NCBI RefSeq assembly: GCF_003367075.2
Contig: NZ_CP065936.1
Coordinates: 1,470,001 to 1,502,000 of the forward strand
Length of the DNA: 32,000 nt
Direction: 5' to 3'
Origin: Cylindrospermopsis raciborskii Cr2010
GTDB lineage: Bacteria; Cyanobacteriota; Cyanobacteriia; Cyanobacteriales; Nostocaceae
In this document: in pieces, positions 1 to 8,832 of the stretch
Position numbering within the stretch: position 1 is the first letter of the stretch
Layout: each line of letters opens with the position of its first letter
Translations under genes and position numbers: made by a program
Notes under the pieces: model-generated
Told to the model about the DNA's origin: nothing
The model's database searches: none
The model's input: the letters and a program-made list of their open reading frames with translations, nothing else

Positions 1-397
1 TATGAAACCCAACACCCCCATGGGTTACGCTCCTACTTATGATTTAAGGAATATTAGCGAGAAGGAAGCTGCTCCTGCTAGTGGAGACTTGGACTACTAA
101 TCCCTAATGTGGGGGAAGATTTGACACCTTCCCCCAAGTGGGTAAGTGGAATTAAATATAAGATGAACGTAGGTTGGGTTGAAGTATGAAACCCAACACC
201 CCCATGGGTTACGCTCCTGCTTATGATTTAAGGAATATTAGCGAGAAGGAAGCTGCTCCTGCTAGTGGAGACTTGGACTACTAATCCCTAATGTGGGGGA
301 AGATTTGACACCTTCCCCCAAGTGGGTAAGTGGAATTAAATATAAGATGAACGTAGGTTGGGTTGAAGTATGAAACCCAACACCCCCATGGGTTACG
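1..397. repeat. Tandem repeat, unit 184 bp (copies start at 1, 185 and 369; third copy truncated shortly after about 420)
   Basis: 'tatgaaacccaacacccccatgggttacgctcc...' restarts at 1, 185 and 369 with near-identical intervening sequence (one C/A-G difference seen: ctcctActt vs ctcctGctt). Confidence 0.95.
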
Positions 398-421
398 CTC
401 CTGCTTATGATTTAAGGAATA

Positions 422-1087
422 TTAGCGGGATAGCACCAGATTGCTAGTTAATGTAATAGCCAAATCCTGTTCTGGGCGTAGAACAAACACATCAGCCCTG
501 TTTTTTCTCAGTAACACACTGGCTAAAGCGCCCGCTGCTGCACCACCAATGGGTTCTAAAACCTCCACCTTTTTATTACCAGTGACCAGAGCTATCAAGG
601 TTGCAGCACCAGCACCAATAGCAGCATCGGTTAGAATTTGACCAGTGTTACTTCCCTTAGTGATGGTTTCAGTTTTAGTGATGGTTCTGGAGTTGGCACT
701 AATTGGTTGGGTTTTACCATTAGGAAACACCAATTCTGTAGCGACGAATCTTACCCCCCTTCTATTATTGCCACCTAAATTAACCGGTGTCAATTCTCCT
801 GTTACCTCGCTATTAGCAGGGATTAAGATATTTCTATTACTATCCATAATATCATTAGCTATTCTCAGGGTCAGGGGTATTCTTTCCCCTGGTTGGAGAA
901 TTATTTTTTCTTTTTCATAGGTTACAGGTAGGGTCACATTAGCTGGAATGGTAATCGTGCGCGGTTGGTTAAAGTTAAATTGTGCTTGAGCAGGATTAGG
1001 GTAGATCCAGGGAATAACAGCCCCTGTGTTAATGGCTATGGTCATTAATGCAGCAGCAGTTGATTTCCAAGTTATTAGACCACTCAT
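422..1087 (-). CDS. Conserved hypothetical secreted/membrane protein with an N-terminal signal-like segment
   Basis: 221-aa ORF; hydrophobic N-terminus ending near 'NPAQAQF', internal Gly/Ala-rich hydrophobic segment 'GQILTDAAIGAGAATLIALVTG'. Confidence 0.7.
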   Translation of the reverse strand: MSGLITWKSTAAALMTIAINTGAVIPWIYPNPAQAQFNFNQPRTITIPANVTLPVTYEKEKIILQPGERIPLTLRIANDIMDSNRNILIPANSEVTGELTPVNLGGNNRRGVRFVATELVFPNGKTQPISANSRTITKTETITKGSNTGQILTDAAIGAGAATLIALVTGNKKVEVLEPIGGAAAGALASVLLRKNRADVFVLRPEQDLAITLTSNLVLSR

Positions 1088-1208
1088 AAGATATTACCAA
1101 TAATTGTCTTGGATAGTATGACCTAATCCTGGCAAAATAGGTTCCAAATAATAACCCGCCCTAGGGCGGGTTATTAGAGTTTAACAGGTTACTAAGTCAA
1201 TGTTGAGC

Positions 1209-2861
1209 TTAGAAGCTGAAGGTGGTACGCAGTGTACCTACATAGATATTGGGGTTATTTTTGTTGTGTTCAGGATCTAGGATGACTAACACACCTGGGG
1301 TAATGAGAACGTTGTCAGAAACTTTGATTTTATACAAGCCTTCTACGTGTAAGGAAGTATCAGTTTCTCCGTTTATATTAGTACCTCCACTCTTACCGCC
1401 AGTGAATTTGGGAGGTTGACCGAAGACGAAACCAAGGGTGTTGCCTTCTCTCAGGAAGTCTTTAATTGCCACATTACCAGCCCAGTACCACACATCTCCA
1501 CTGGTGGGAGTACCTCCCAAGGTGCTCACAGTTGTGTAGCCTGCCCAACCACCTAATGAAATGCTAGGAGTAGCTTTTAGGTTCAATGCCACACCGTAGT
1601 TACTGGTTTCGACTTTTCCATTTAATCTTGCATTTAATGTTGTACCTACAGTACCTACAGCAGCACCACCACCAGTACTGTCAAACCCACCACTAAACCC
1701 ACCAGATGTTTGGTAAACATGGGCGTAGGTTAATCCGAGATTGATAGCCTGATTCGGCTTAAACGCCAACTGACCAATAATGGTACTGTCGCCCTCAAAA
1801 AGTCCTTTATTGGGACCCGGGTCAGACGCAGTAGCACTACCTCTAGCATAGTAACCAGCACCCAGGGTGATAGCGTCATTAGCTTTGAGGTTCAGTGCGA
1901 TACCAGATCCACCACGAGCTTGACGATAGATGGGACTAAAACGTCCGTAACGGGAGATGGAACCTGATCCACTGCTCTTAAAGTCAGGGTTAAAGGCTTC
2001 AAAGTTGTCATCTAGGTCAGCACCTATGGCATCAACCTTCACACTAAGATTGGGAAGGGGGTTGAAGGCGTAGTTGAGTTTATCAACTGAAAGCGCGTTA
2101 TCCGCAGTGCTGTCATAACCCAAACGAGCCATGTTAGTACCCGTGCCACCTGCAGCAGCATTGCTAGCTAGACTGCGAATATTCCCAGCATTTAACCTAG
2201 TTTGCAACTTATCCTTACCGCTAAAGCTGCTTTCCAAAGTCAACCTTACCCGGTCAGAGAACGTGAAGTTGGAATTAATTTTCTCGGTACCGCCAGCTAC
2301 ACGGTCTCCAAAAGCTTGGGTAAGACCAAAAATAGCTTCACCCTTCAACTTGGTGGTGGTGGAGAACTGATTAGCTTCCAACTCACCAGTACGTGCTTCC
2401 AACGCATCAACTTGACCACGGAGAGTAGCCAATTCAGCGGAAAATTCTTCTTGTAAACGCTGTAAGGTGGCCAAATCTTCTCTTTTAACTGCATCAGCCG
2501 TTGAAGAAGCAATTAGCTCACTAACTCTTTCTAAACAAGCGTTTAAACTAGCCGCGAATTCAAAGCGGTTTAGGGTGCGGTTACCACGGAATGTACCATC
2601 GGGATAACCAGAAATACAATTATAACGCTCAACTAAGGATTGCAATGCTTGGAACGCCCAATCTCTTGGCTGGACGTCACGAAACTGAGAAACAGAAGTT
2701 GTTTGACTAATCTTATCAGACGACAATTGAGCAACGCTGGTGGTTGGCTCTTTCACTTCATTTGCTAATACGCTGTTGGCAGAAAGGATGGTAGCTGCAA
2801 CAACCGGACTCACTCTGAGAACACTCCAAAATAGTTTTGTCATGTTTTTACCTTTTCTCAC
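1209..2861 (-). CDS. Iron uptake porin / OprB-family cyanobacterial outer membrane porin with SLH domain (likely start at the internal Met, 2843)
   Basis: Signal peptide, SLH-like 'RDVQPRDWAFQALQSLVERYNCISGYPDGTFRGNRTLNRFEFAASLNACLERV', coiled-coil linker, beta-rich C-terminal porin region ending in Phe ('TLRTTFSF'). Confidence 0.85.
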   Translation of the reverse strand: MRKGKNMTKLFWSVLRVSPVVAATILSANSVLANEVKEPTTSVAQLSSDKISQTTSVSQFRDVQPRDWAFQALQSLVERYNCISGYPDGTFRGNRTLNRFEFAASLNACLERVSELIASSTADAVKREDLATLQRLQEEFSAELATLRGQVDALEARTGELEANQFSTTTKLKGEAIFGLTQAFGDRVAGGTEKINSNFTFSDRVRLTLESSFSGKDKLQTRLNAGNIRSLASNAAAGGTGTNMARLGYDSTADNALSVDKLNYAFNPLPNLSVKVDAIGADLDDNFEAFNPDFKSSGSGSISRYGRFSPIYRQARGGSGIALNLKANDAITLGAGYYARGSATASDPGPNKGLFEGDSTIIGQLAFKPNQAINLGLTYAHVYQTSGGFSGGFDSTGGGAAVGTVGTTLNARLNGKVETSNYGVALNLKATPSISLGGWAGYTTVSTLGGTPTSGDVWYWAGNVAIKDFLREGNTLGFVFGQPPKFTGGKSGGTNINGETDTSLHVEGLYKIKVSDNVLITPGVLVILDPEHNKNNPNIYVGTLRTTFSF

Positions 2862-3027
2862 ACCTAAAGAAAATCAGGAAGATTTAAATCCCTATCATCA
2901 AATCCATTGATGGTTCGGGGAATTTACATATCATACCCTTACTGACTACTATACACTATTTTTGTTCCGGAACACAAATTATAAATTTTAATTTTTTATA
3001 GCCTTGGCTATCTCCAAGCCAGAATGG

Positions 3028-3603
3028 CTATTCTACCTGGCTCAACCGGAGAATAATACTGCGTTTGTGACGTGATATTTTTCCCTGGACCTCAAATTTC
3101 TGCAACAGTCTGGTAATTGTCACCCTGGTTGTGTTCAACACCTCTGAAATATCTTGATGGGTCAGGTTCAAATCAATCAACTTGCCCTGTTCCAAATCCC
3201 TACCAAATTTATCCCCTAACCACAGCAAAAAATGCCACAATCTTAACGACGTGGGCTTACAATGCAAAATATGTAAAATTTGTTCTGTCTGTTGAATGTG
3301 GGATAGCAAGCACTCAATGTGTTCATGCCACAAATGGGGAGGTATGATTGTTGCTTCTACACTAGTTAAACACTGAATTTGATAAGGTGTGACTTTTGAC
3401 AAAGCATGACCAGTAATATCTCCAGGTCCCCAGTAACCTAGGGTAATACCCGTGCCCTCTTCATTCCAGGTCAAGGTGCGCACTACACCACGCTCAATCC
3501 GCCACAGAACATCATTTCTGACCGGAATGATTGAGTGCTGGGTGAGTATCTGTTGCGGCAAATGCTTTCTTGGTAGATGGATGATATTTTCAGTAGGGTT
3601 CAT
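3028..3603 (-). CDS. Crp/Fnr-family transcriptional regulator
   Basis: 191 aa; cNMP-binding-like N-terminus ('GVVRTLTWNEEGTGITLGYWGPGDITG') and C-terminal HTH ('NLTHQDISEVLNTTRVTITRLLQKFEVQGKI'). Confidence 0.85.
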   Translation of the reverse strand: MNPTENIIHLPRKHLPQQILTQHSIIPVRNDVLWRIERGVVRTLTWNEEGTGITLGYWGPGDITGHALSKVTPYQIQCLTSVEATIIPPHLWHEHIECLLSHIQQTEQILHILHCKPTSLRLWHFLLWLGDKFGRDLEQGKLIDLNLTHQDISEVLNTTRVTITRLLQKFEVQGKISRHKRSIILRLSQVE

Positions 3604-4074
3604 TGCCAGAAATGCCAGAAGGGGTTATTAGTAAAGGTTAGTTACTGCAATGTTAAATAGTGACATCTTAATAATTGTTAGACTTTATAATCAGTTATTA
3701 AGCTCTACAAGCTTTAGCTATATGGTTTAAAGGCAATTTTAAGAGCCTATCACCCTTTGGCTAAAGCCGTAACATATTGTTTGACAATATCTGACTACAA
3801 TAGCAAAGATTAATAATTAAAAGGTTAAGAATGAGTTATCATCTGGTAAAAAATTGAACCCAGCTTAAGACCCCCAAGGGTAAGCTGTCGTGCAGGTAAT
3901 AATTTATTGATCGAGCGCAAAACCCCATCCCCTTGTGGGTGGGGCGGTTGACTTTGACAATCGTCTAGTATTGTCCGCCATCGGTTGACCGTCACTTTCT
4001 GGGTAGACAATTTCAGGCGTCTTTGCACCCTGATGAATGTCACGTAATAAGGTTGTTTCCAACAGCCTTATTAC

Positions 4075-4264
4075 GTCACAACACCTATTCCTTCTTACGA
4101 AGGTCAAGACTATTTAAGTCTAATGCGGATGTGTTTGTGGCTGGGGGGTTTCTAGTCGCAATACCTATTCCTTCTTAAGAAGGTCAGGACACTACCATAA
4201 CACACCTTTTTTTGGTTGTCAACCAATTGTCGCAATACCTATTCCTTCTTACGAAGGTCAAGCT
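4075..4264. CRISPR. Degenerate CRISPR-like mini-array: 3 repeats of about 36 nt, 2 spacers (44 and 38 nt)
   Basis: Repeats at 4075-4110 (gtcacaacacctattccttcttacgaaggtcaagac), 4155-4190 (gtcgcaatacctattccttcttaagaaggtcaggac) and 4229-4264 (gtcgcaatacctattccttcttacgaaggtcaagct), with an internal CCTTC/GAAGG palindrome and unrelated spacers. No cas genes in the window. Confidence 0.65.
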
Positions 4265-4465
4265 TACGTACAGCAGAAGAAGTGCCAACCGTTTTTTGTT
4301 GACCTTCGCACTTTCTTCGTTAATTACTGATTTTTCTGTCCAAAGATAGATGTAACTATTCCTATAGACAGAAGACAAAGTTTTTATTACCAGGTTAATA
4401 TTATATTTAACCAGAACCCTAACCTATCATTACAAAACAAATAACCAAAGGGGGATCTAAAACAA

Positions 4466-4770
4466 TTGGTATTCATCGAACCAGAACCCACCCAATTCCT
4501 GCCACTACAGCAGCAACTATACCCAGACCCTAACCTACCCACTGAAAATCCTGGTTTCGCCATCCATCCAGTTACCGGAGAATGGCAAGATGTGGATGGC
4601 GCTGTAGGGAGATTAGATTTGAGAGTGTACCTCTGGACAATGTGGAACCCTATCCCCTGAATGGCCAGCAATCATGGCAAGTATATGGGGAGAACGTAAG
4701 GGCTTTAAGCGTGCAATGGCAAGCCTCACCCAACTTACGTTCATGTTTAATTCCAATTTTATGCTTATAA
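4466..4770 (+). pseudogene. Possible decayed short protein-coding sequence (two overlapping frames, frameshift-like)
   Basis: Frame 1 reads 'MVFIEPEPTQFLPLQQQLYPDPNLPTENPGFAIHPVTGEWQDVDGAVGRLDLRVYLWTMW', then another frame continues 'ESVPLDNVEPYPLNGQQSWQVYGENVRALSVQWQ'. Both have protein-like composition. Confidence 0.25.
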
Positions 4771-4772
4771 AT

Positions 4773-5807
4773 ATGCCATTACAAGAAATATCACACTTTA
4801 AAAATAAAATTATCTTTGGTGATAACTTATCTGTTCTTAAACAAATAGAAAATGATACTTTTGATTTAATTATTACCTCACCTCCATATTTTCAGCAGCG
4901 TAATTATGGCAATGGTGATTTAGAAATCGGTAATGAATCCACAGAAGCAGAATATTTAAACAATATACTAACTGTTTTTCAAGAATGTGTAAGAGTTTTG
5001 AAAAGCACAGGAGCAATAGTTTTTAATTTGGGAGATAAATATATTAATGGAAGTTTATCCCTCATACCTTATAAATTTGCTATTCAAGCTACTGAAAATA
5101 ATAATATTTTTTTGATTAATCAGATTACTTGGTCAAAACTTAACCCTACACCACGTCAGGATAAAAAAAAGTTAATACAAGCTACAGAACCTTTTTTCAT
5201 ATTTGCTAAATCTAAAGATTACTATTTTAATCTAGATAATTATTTACAACATTTAGATACATTCAATAAAACAGCAAAAACTAAACCATCAGATAAATTA
5301 GGTAAAAAATACCTGGAATTAATTAAAAATTCTGACTCGAGTGCAGAACAAAAAGCAAATGCCATTAAAGCATTAAACGAGGCAATTTCAGCAGTGCATA
5401 ATGGCGACATTGAAGGATTTAGAATGAAAATAAACGGCGTGCATAAATTGGCTTATGGTGGTCAAAATGGAGGTAGAAATAACCAAATCAAAAATAATGG
5501 ATTTACTATTATTAGAATTTTAGGAAATGCCATGAAAAAGGATATTATAGAAAGTCCGGTAGAAGTAACTAAAAATAATCATCATCCAGCAGTTTATCCT
5601 TTATATATTATTCAGGAACTTATTAAGTTATTAAGTAAAGAAGGAGATTTTGTCCTTGATCCTTTTTGTGGTAGTGGTACAACTTGTTTAGCAGCTAAAA
5701 ATTTAAATCGTCATTATTTAGGAATTGAAATCAATCCTGATTATGTTAATCTAGCTAATAGTCGTATGGCAGAATCTAATTTTCAACAACAGGAATTATT
5801 TATATAA
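4773..5807 (+). CDS. DNA amino-methyltransferase (N4-cytosine/N6-adenine, beta-class motif order); ORF track start at 4674, likely start at Met 4773
   Basis: Catalytic motif 'DLIITSPPYFQQRNYG' near the N-terminus and SAM-binding motif 'DFVLDPFCGSGTTCLAAKNLNRHYLGIEINPDYVNLA' at the C-terminus. Confidence 0.9.
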   Translation: MPLQEISHFKNKIIFGDNLSVLKQIENDTFDLIITSPPYFQQRNYGNGDLEIGNESTEAEYLNNILTVFQECVRVLKSTGAIVFNLGDKYINGSLSLIPYKFAIQATENNNIFLINQITWSKLNPTPRQDKKKLIQATEPFFIFAKSKDYYFNLDNYLQHLDTFNKTAKTKPSDKLGKKYLELIKNSDSSAEQKANAIKALNEAISAVHNGDIEGFRMKINGVHKLAYGGQNGGRNNQIKNNGFTIIRILGNAMKKDIIESPVEVTKNNHHPAVYPLYIIQELIKLLSKEGDFVLDPFCGSGTTCLAAKNLNRHYLGIEINPDYVNLANSRMAESNFQQQELFI

Positions 5808-5834
5808 GCAGAAGTTTTGAATGTTAAAAATATC

Positions 5835-5905
5835 GGTTCTAGAATAGAATCGGTAAGGTTATTTTTTAAAAACTTCACCATGGCTAAACACTTTAACACT
5901 GCTGT
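5835..5905 (+). pseudogene. Remnant of the 5' leader and first codons of an AAA-type ATPase gene
   Basis: 'ggttctagaatagaatcggtaaggttattttttaaaaacttcaccATGgctaaacactttaacactgct' closely matches 30609-30681 just upstream of and into the ATPase start ('MPKHFNTA'). Confidence 0.75.
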
Positions 5906-6007
5906 TACATCAATTACAGTGGCACCCGTTATCAAAGTTATGTCCCTATTCAAAAGACAAGGTGTGCTTAGGCGATCGCTTCAACTCTATAATAGAAGCA
6001 ATCAACG

Positions 6008-7606
6008 TTACAGGTATAAGTTATGATAACAATCCACAATTTTCGCCGTTACCTCCTCCGCACTGAGTCCATCAGTTTCTATTTCTAACGCGTCTGACGC
6101 TTTTCTCAAAGGGGAAATCTTTCTGGTGCTATCTTTTTCGTCCCTTTCCTGAATCTCTTGCTTCAACTGCTCTAAACTCACTTCGCCTCGCCCCTGTTTA
6201 ATAAAGTCTTGCTGGCGACGACGGGCCCGCTCCTCTACTGAAGCTGTAAGAAATATTTTTACTTCCGCATCAGGAAAAACATTAGTACCAATGTCTCTCC
6301 CTTCAGCGACTAAACCCCCTTTCTCACCCCATTTTTGCTGTTCTCTCACTAGGAACTGACGAACCGCACTTTGACCAGATACACCTGATACTTTTGCTGT
6401 TACTTCTCCACTGCGTATCTCTTTGGTAACATTATGATTGTTTATCCATACCTCTAGCGGAATTTCTGGATTTTCCGTGGCAATCAGTTCTATTTTACAC
6501 TCTCTCGCTAAACAGGCGATCGCCTGTTCATCTTCAGGATCAGTGCCGGTTTGTAACACTAACCAGGTTATGGCTCTATACATAGCTCCTGTATCTAAAT
6601 ACACTAGCCCTAACTGTGTTGCCACTTGTTTAGCTACAGTAGATTTACCAGCACCAGCGGGACCGTCAATGGCGATAATTGGTTGTCTAGTCTTCACATC
6701 AGATAAAATTGTGTTGTCAATTAGTCTTGTATTACCAATGCGGGCTGCGATCGCCAACATTCCTTCTTCCTGAATTTCGTTTAAAGGCATTAGTGTACTT
6801 GGTTCAACTAATTCAATATATTCCACGTAGATATTCGTAGATTTTGCTATTTCAGCTTGGACTATTCCTAGAAGCTGATCACTATGGCGAATACCAGATT
6901 TGAAAGCTGTCTTGGCTTCAACTAAGCTTTGATGCAATAAGACAGCTTGCTCTTTTTCGGTGTCAGTCAAATACTGATTACGAGAACTCAAAGCTAAACC
7001 TGAAGCTTCTCGTACTGTTGGACAAGCAACAATTTCTATAGGAAAATTCAAGTCAGCCACTAGGCGTTTAATAATAGCTAGTTGCTGACCATCCTTGTTT
7101 CCAAAGTAAGCTCGATCTGGTTGTACCACATTAAATAGTTTGGTGACAATAGTCGTCACACCTTGAAAGTGTCCTGGTCGATAACTAGCACATAAACCGT
7201 TAATCATACCAGATGGAGGCAAAACTTGTGTAACCTGATTTTCTTGTTTGCCAGAAATTCCCATTTCTTCAGGACTAGGTGCAAAAATAACATCTACTCC
7301 CGCTTGTTCACAAAGTAATTTATCCTGATCTAAAGTCCGAGGGTAACGTTGATAATCTTCCTGAGGTCCAAATTGAAGCGGATTAACAAAAACACTGACT
7401 ACTACCGTATGGTTTTCTTCTCTAGCCCTTTGAATTAGGCTTAAATGACCTATATGAAGTGCGCCCATGGTAGGCACTAACCCAACAGGAGTAGGAAACC
7501 ACTGAGCTTGTTCACTCAATAATTGAGTATTATTTTTATTATTTGTTTGCTGACGACGCTCCTGTAGGCAACATCGTAAACTTGATATAGTTGTTAGTAC
7601 ACGCAC
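6008..7606 (-). CDS. panC/cmk: Bifunctional pantoate--beta-alanine ligase / cytidylate kinase
   Basis: N-terminal PanC motifs ('VPTMGALHIGHLSLIQRAREEN', 'VVVSVFVNPLQFGPQEDYQRYPR') followed by the CMK domain ('IIAIDGPAGAGKSTVAKQVATQLGLVYLDTGAMYRA', 'AEGRDIGTNVFPDAEVKIFLTA'). Confidence 0.95.
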   Translation of the reverse strand: MRVLTTISSLRCCLQERRQQTNNKNNTQLLSEQAQWFPTPVGLVPTMGALHIGHLSLIQRAREENHTVVVSVFVNPLQFGPQEDYQRYPRTLDQDKLLCEQAGVDVIFAPSPEEMGISGKQENQVTQVLPPSGMINGLCASYRPGHFQGVTTIVTKLFNVVQPDRAYFGNKDGQQLAIIKRLVADLNFPIEIVACPTVREASGLALSSRNQYLTDTEKEQAVLLHQSLVEAKTAFKSGIRHSDQLLGIVQAEIAKSTNIYVEYIELVEPSTLMPLNEIQEEGMLAIAARIGNTRLIDNTILSDVKTRQPIIAIDGPAGAGKSTVAKQVATQLGLVYLDTGAMYRAITWLVLQTGTDPEDEQAIACLARECKIELIATENPEIPLEVWINNHNVTKEIRSGEVTAKVSGVSGQSAVRQFLVREQQKWGEKGGLVAEGRDIGTNVFPDAEVKIFLTASVEERARRRQQDFIKQGRGEVSLEQLKQEIQERDEKDSTRKISPLRKASDALEIETDGLSAEEVTAKIVDCYHNLYL

Positions 7607-7668
7607 AAAATTCCTTTAAAGTGTTCTGGTATAGCTGATAATCTCCAATGAAAAAACCTGATCTCCGA

Positions 7669-7691
7669 GCCAGGGAATTGAATTCCCTGGC
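7669..7691. repeat. 23-nt perfect palindrome in the intergenic region between rlpA-like and panC/cmk
   Basis: GCCAGGGAATT-G-AATTCCCTGGC, flanked by a second partial arm pair (CTCCG...CGGAG). Confidence 0.8.
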
Positions 7692-7749
7692 CACCTCCGG
7701 AGCTATGCCAAGGTATGGATAAGTGCACAGGTAGAGTCGAGGAAAAGTA

Positions 7750-8832
7750 TTATCTACCTAGAACCTCAATCCGTACTGCAGCAACACCACTACTAACCAT
7801 CCCTAAGATTCGGGCGGCGCCCACAGAAAGGTCAATAACTCGACCACCTATATATGGTCCACGGTCATTAATTCGCACCACTACGGAACGACCATTGTGA
7901 GTGTTTGTGACACGAACTTTTGTCCCCAGAGGTAAACTGCGATGGGCTGCGGTCATGGCCTCCGGATTAAATCTTTCCCCGTTGGCCGTCTTTCTCCCAG
8001 CCCAATCATAACCATACCAGGAGGCCATACCTCTAAAGTTGATTCTGATCCCACCAATAGCAACTTTTTGGGGGAGTTTGGGTATAGATATATTTCCTGG
8101 CTTGGGTAAGTTGGCAATTTCCCTGACCTCAGCTGTTTCTCCCAGAATTTTTCTCAAATGATTGGTTGCTTGTAAGGCATCCTTTGCCAGATCGTTTGTA
8201 CCATCTGCTAACCGGGTGGATTCATTGATTTCCACCAGCTCTTTGCCGTCAAATCTAATTGTATAACCTGGATTTACTGAAGTGGGTACACTTTTATTCC
8301 CACTCGGACGATTGTTGGTAGAATATTTCCCTTTGGGATTCCAACTGACGGTAACTTGTCTACCGTCTGCACTGTCTAGCACTAGCTGGTTAATTTTCGC
8401 TGCTACTAAGCTGGCTCTATATACTGGGTCATTGACCAAAATGGATCTGGGAGACTCCTTCGCACCCCTAATACCGCCCCCGCTGGTAATTTGGGGTGAC
8501 TTACCGGTGTTTACGTTGCCGTATTTTACAACTTTACTACTCCCCACCTTTGTTTCTCCGCGAGAACCCAAAAAGGTGAGAACTGGAGTATTTCGGATGT
8601 AAAGAGTTGCTGCTTGACGACCCTGTAGGCTATGTGGTTGAATTCTGGTCACACCCTCTAGCTCAGGTTCCCGTGTTGGGGACTGGTACTCTCCCACTTT
8701 TACCGCATCACCTTTGGTAGATGCTTGTTTAATTGGGGTACTCCCCTTAGCTGTTTGAGTAAAACCCATTGCAGGTAGGCTCGCAACAGATAGAAACACG
8801 GCAGCAGTAGTCCACAAATTTTTTTGATTCAT
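7750..8832 (-). CDS. rlpA: RlpA-like double-psi beta-barrel septal ring lytic transglycosylase family protein
   Basis: Signal peptide; C-terminal '[78 protein letters not shown]'. Confidence 0.9.
   Translation of the reverse strand: MNQKNLWTTAAVFLSVASLPAMGFTQTAKGSTPIKQASTKGDAVKVGEYQSPTREPELEGVTRIQPHSLQGRQAATLYIRNTPVLTFLGSRGETKVGSSKVVKYGNVNTGKSPQITSGGGIRGAKESPRSILVNDPVYRASLVAAKINQLVLDSADGRQVTVSWNPKGKYSTNNRPSGNKSVPTSVNPGYTIRFDGKELVEINESTRLADGTNDLAKDALQATNHLRKILGETAEVREIANLPKPGNISIPKLPQKVAIGGIRINFRGMASWYGYDWAGRKTANGERFNPEAMTAAHRSLPLGTKVRVTNTHNGRSVVVRINDRGPYIGGRVIDLSVGAARILGMVSSGVAAVRIEVLGR

Noticed and set aside
3825-4107. Minus-strand ORFs 3825..4043 and 3904..4107 (and 4184..4378)
   Set aside because: They read through the CRISPR-like repeats and hairpins ('MTFVRRNR...' is just the repeat translated). 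No protein-like conservation is evident; treated as spurious.
4387-4671. Minus-strand ORF 4387..4671
   Set aside because: Antisense to the better-looking plus-strand reading; composition not protein-like.
4075-5807. A complete CRISPR-Cas or restriction-modification system
   Set aside because: Only a 3-repeat array and one methyltransferase are present. No Cas, REase or specificity gene is visible in any frame nearby.
5817-6026. ORF 5817..6026 as a gene
   Set aside because: It covers the duplicated non-coding leader and only about 8 codons of the ATPase start; the rest is unrelated intergenic DNA.
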